Below are positions 63,051 through 64,000 of a DNA stretch of 64,000 bases, in pieces; positions within the stretch are counted from its first letter, which is position 1; the number at the start of each line of letters is the position of its first letter. The position numbers were made by a program, and so were the translations under genes. The notes beneath the pieces are model-generated. The model did not search any database. It was not told the origin of the DNA and saw nothing but the letters and a program-made list of their open reading frames with translations. Origin of the DNA: Octopus sinensis (Eukaryota); contig NC_043009.1 in NCBI RefSeq assembly GCF_006345805.1, positions 62,062,001-62,126,000 on the forward strand, in the 5' to 3' direction.

Positions 63051-64000
63051 ATGTTGAATATATTAGAAACGGATTCTACGCGTATAAAAACCAGTTATAA
63101 CTGTAATAATGACCAAGAAAACACAAAATATAAAGAAAATGTTTTGAGTATTTGCTCTGACATGTCCAATTTGAAGATTTCCTCTTCTGAAGATGAAAAT
63201 ATCTCATTCTCAGATAAATGTGTTGTGTGTGATGTGGTATTAACTAGCGAAGCTAATGCTAAGCAACATTTTGAAGGTAGGAAACACCAGAAAAAAGTTC
63301 AAAGTCAATCTGAACCAATCTTTCCAAACAGGACACCTGAAAATTCATTCGTTGACTGTCATACACCAGTAAACTTACCTGTAAATAATGAATATAAATG
63401 TGTTGTATGTGAAGTGGCATTTACTAGCTCAGTTATTGCCAAGCAACATTTTGAAGGTAAGAGACATCAGAAGAATGTTCTAAGTCAACCTATAGCAGCC
63501 GTTTCAAACAGTCCACCTGATAATTATTCCCAAGGCTTCCACACCCAGGAAAATGGGCCTGAAATAAATAAAGACGAATGCAAGTTGTGTGATGTCAAAT
63601 TTACAAGTCCCTCTCAGGCTGCCGATCATCTGAAAGGTAAAATGCACCAGAAAAATTTTAATACAATGTCTGCTTTTAGAGCGAATATTAAATTGGAGTG
63701 TGATACATGTGGTGTTGTATTTTCTGGAATAGTTGACTTCAAAGCACACTTTGCTGGTCGGAAACATCAAAGAGCTATTGAAAACAGAACTACCTTACCA
63801 AAATTAATTGCTGAGTCAGCTTCTCCTCAGAAACCTTTCTCTGTTGCAGCTGAAGCTTCCCAAGTTGAAGATAAGTGCAAGATATGTGATGTAGTGTTTA
63901 CTAGTGCAGTTACTGCTAAGCAGCATTTTGAAGGTTGGAAGCACTTGAAAAAACTTTCAGCTGAATCAGTCAATTCCAAAACTACATTTGAAAGTTCTCC
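63051..64000 (+). CDS. Multi-finger U1/matrin-type (zf-met; ZNF385/ZMAT/JAZ-like) zinc-finger protein, 3'-incomplete
   Basis: ATG at 63051 after an in-frame TGA at 62985; open for 316 codons to the window end. Five C-x2-C-x12-H-x5-H fingers start at 63219, 63399, 63579, 63699 and 63876 (e.g. CVVCDVVLTSEANAKQHFEGRKHQKK). Confidence 0.9.
   Translation, partial: MLNILETDSTRIKTSYNCNNDQENTKYKENVLSICSDMSNLKISSSEDENISFSDKCVVCDVVLTSEANAKQHFEGRKHQKKVQSQSEPIFPNRTPENSFVDCHTPVNLPVNNEYKCVVCEVAFTSSVIAKQHFEGKRHQKNVLSQPIAAVSNSPPDNYSQGFHTQENGPEINKDECKLCDVKFTSPSQAADHLKGKMHQKNFNTMSAFRANIKLECDTCGVVFSGIVDFKAHFAGRKHQRAIENRTTLPKLIAESASPQKPFSVAAEASQVEDKCKICDVVFTSAVTAKQHFEGWKHLKKLSAESVNSKTTFESS

Overview
Eukaryotic, AT-rich, microsatellite- and SINE-dense genomic DNA. 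The SINE families and (TA)n/(CA)n/(CAT)n tracts look octopod (cephalopod); this is inferred from recalled repeat families, not from a search. The window is not prokaryotic and has no CRISPR array. Genes were built by hand from splice signals and reading-phase continuity: (1) the 5' end of NUP153 on the minus strand (ATG 7381, four exons, running off the window start); (2) a candidate 65-80 aa unidentified gene on the minus strand (14935-12181); (3) a divergently transcribed, uncharacterised ~335 aa six-exon gene on the plus strand (15373-41413) with a charged helical C-terminus; (4) COX6C on the minus strand (5' exon ~55.7 kb, CDS 51130-46660, with 3'-UTR introns); (5) an uninterrupted ORF (63051 to >64000) with at least five U1/matrin-type (dsRNA-binding class) zinc fingers, absent from the ORF track because it has no stop in the window. 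Mobile DNA includes four SINE families, decayed Tc1, CRE-clade LINE, RTE LINE, Penelope-like (PLE) and Helitron fragments, and piggyBac-type MITEs. The most unusual signals are a set of about eight type-I hammerhead-ribozyme-like motifs from several families (two with intact cores), several long fold-back hairpins, and a ~30-unit G-rich array whose conserved core combines an ETS site, a consensus 5' splice site and a small hairpin. That array lies between two inverted full-length SINEs just upstream of the zinc-finger ORF.
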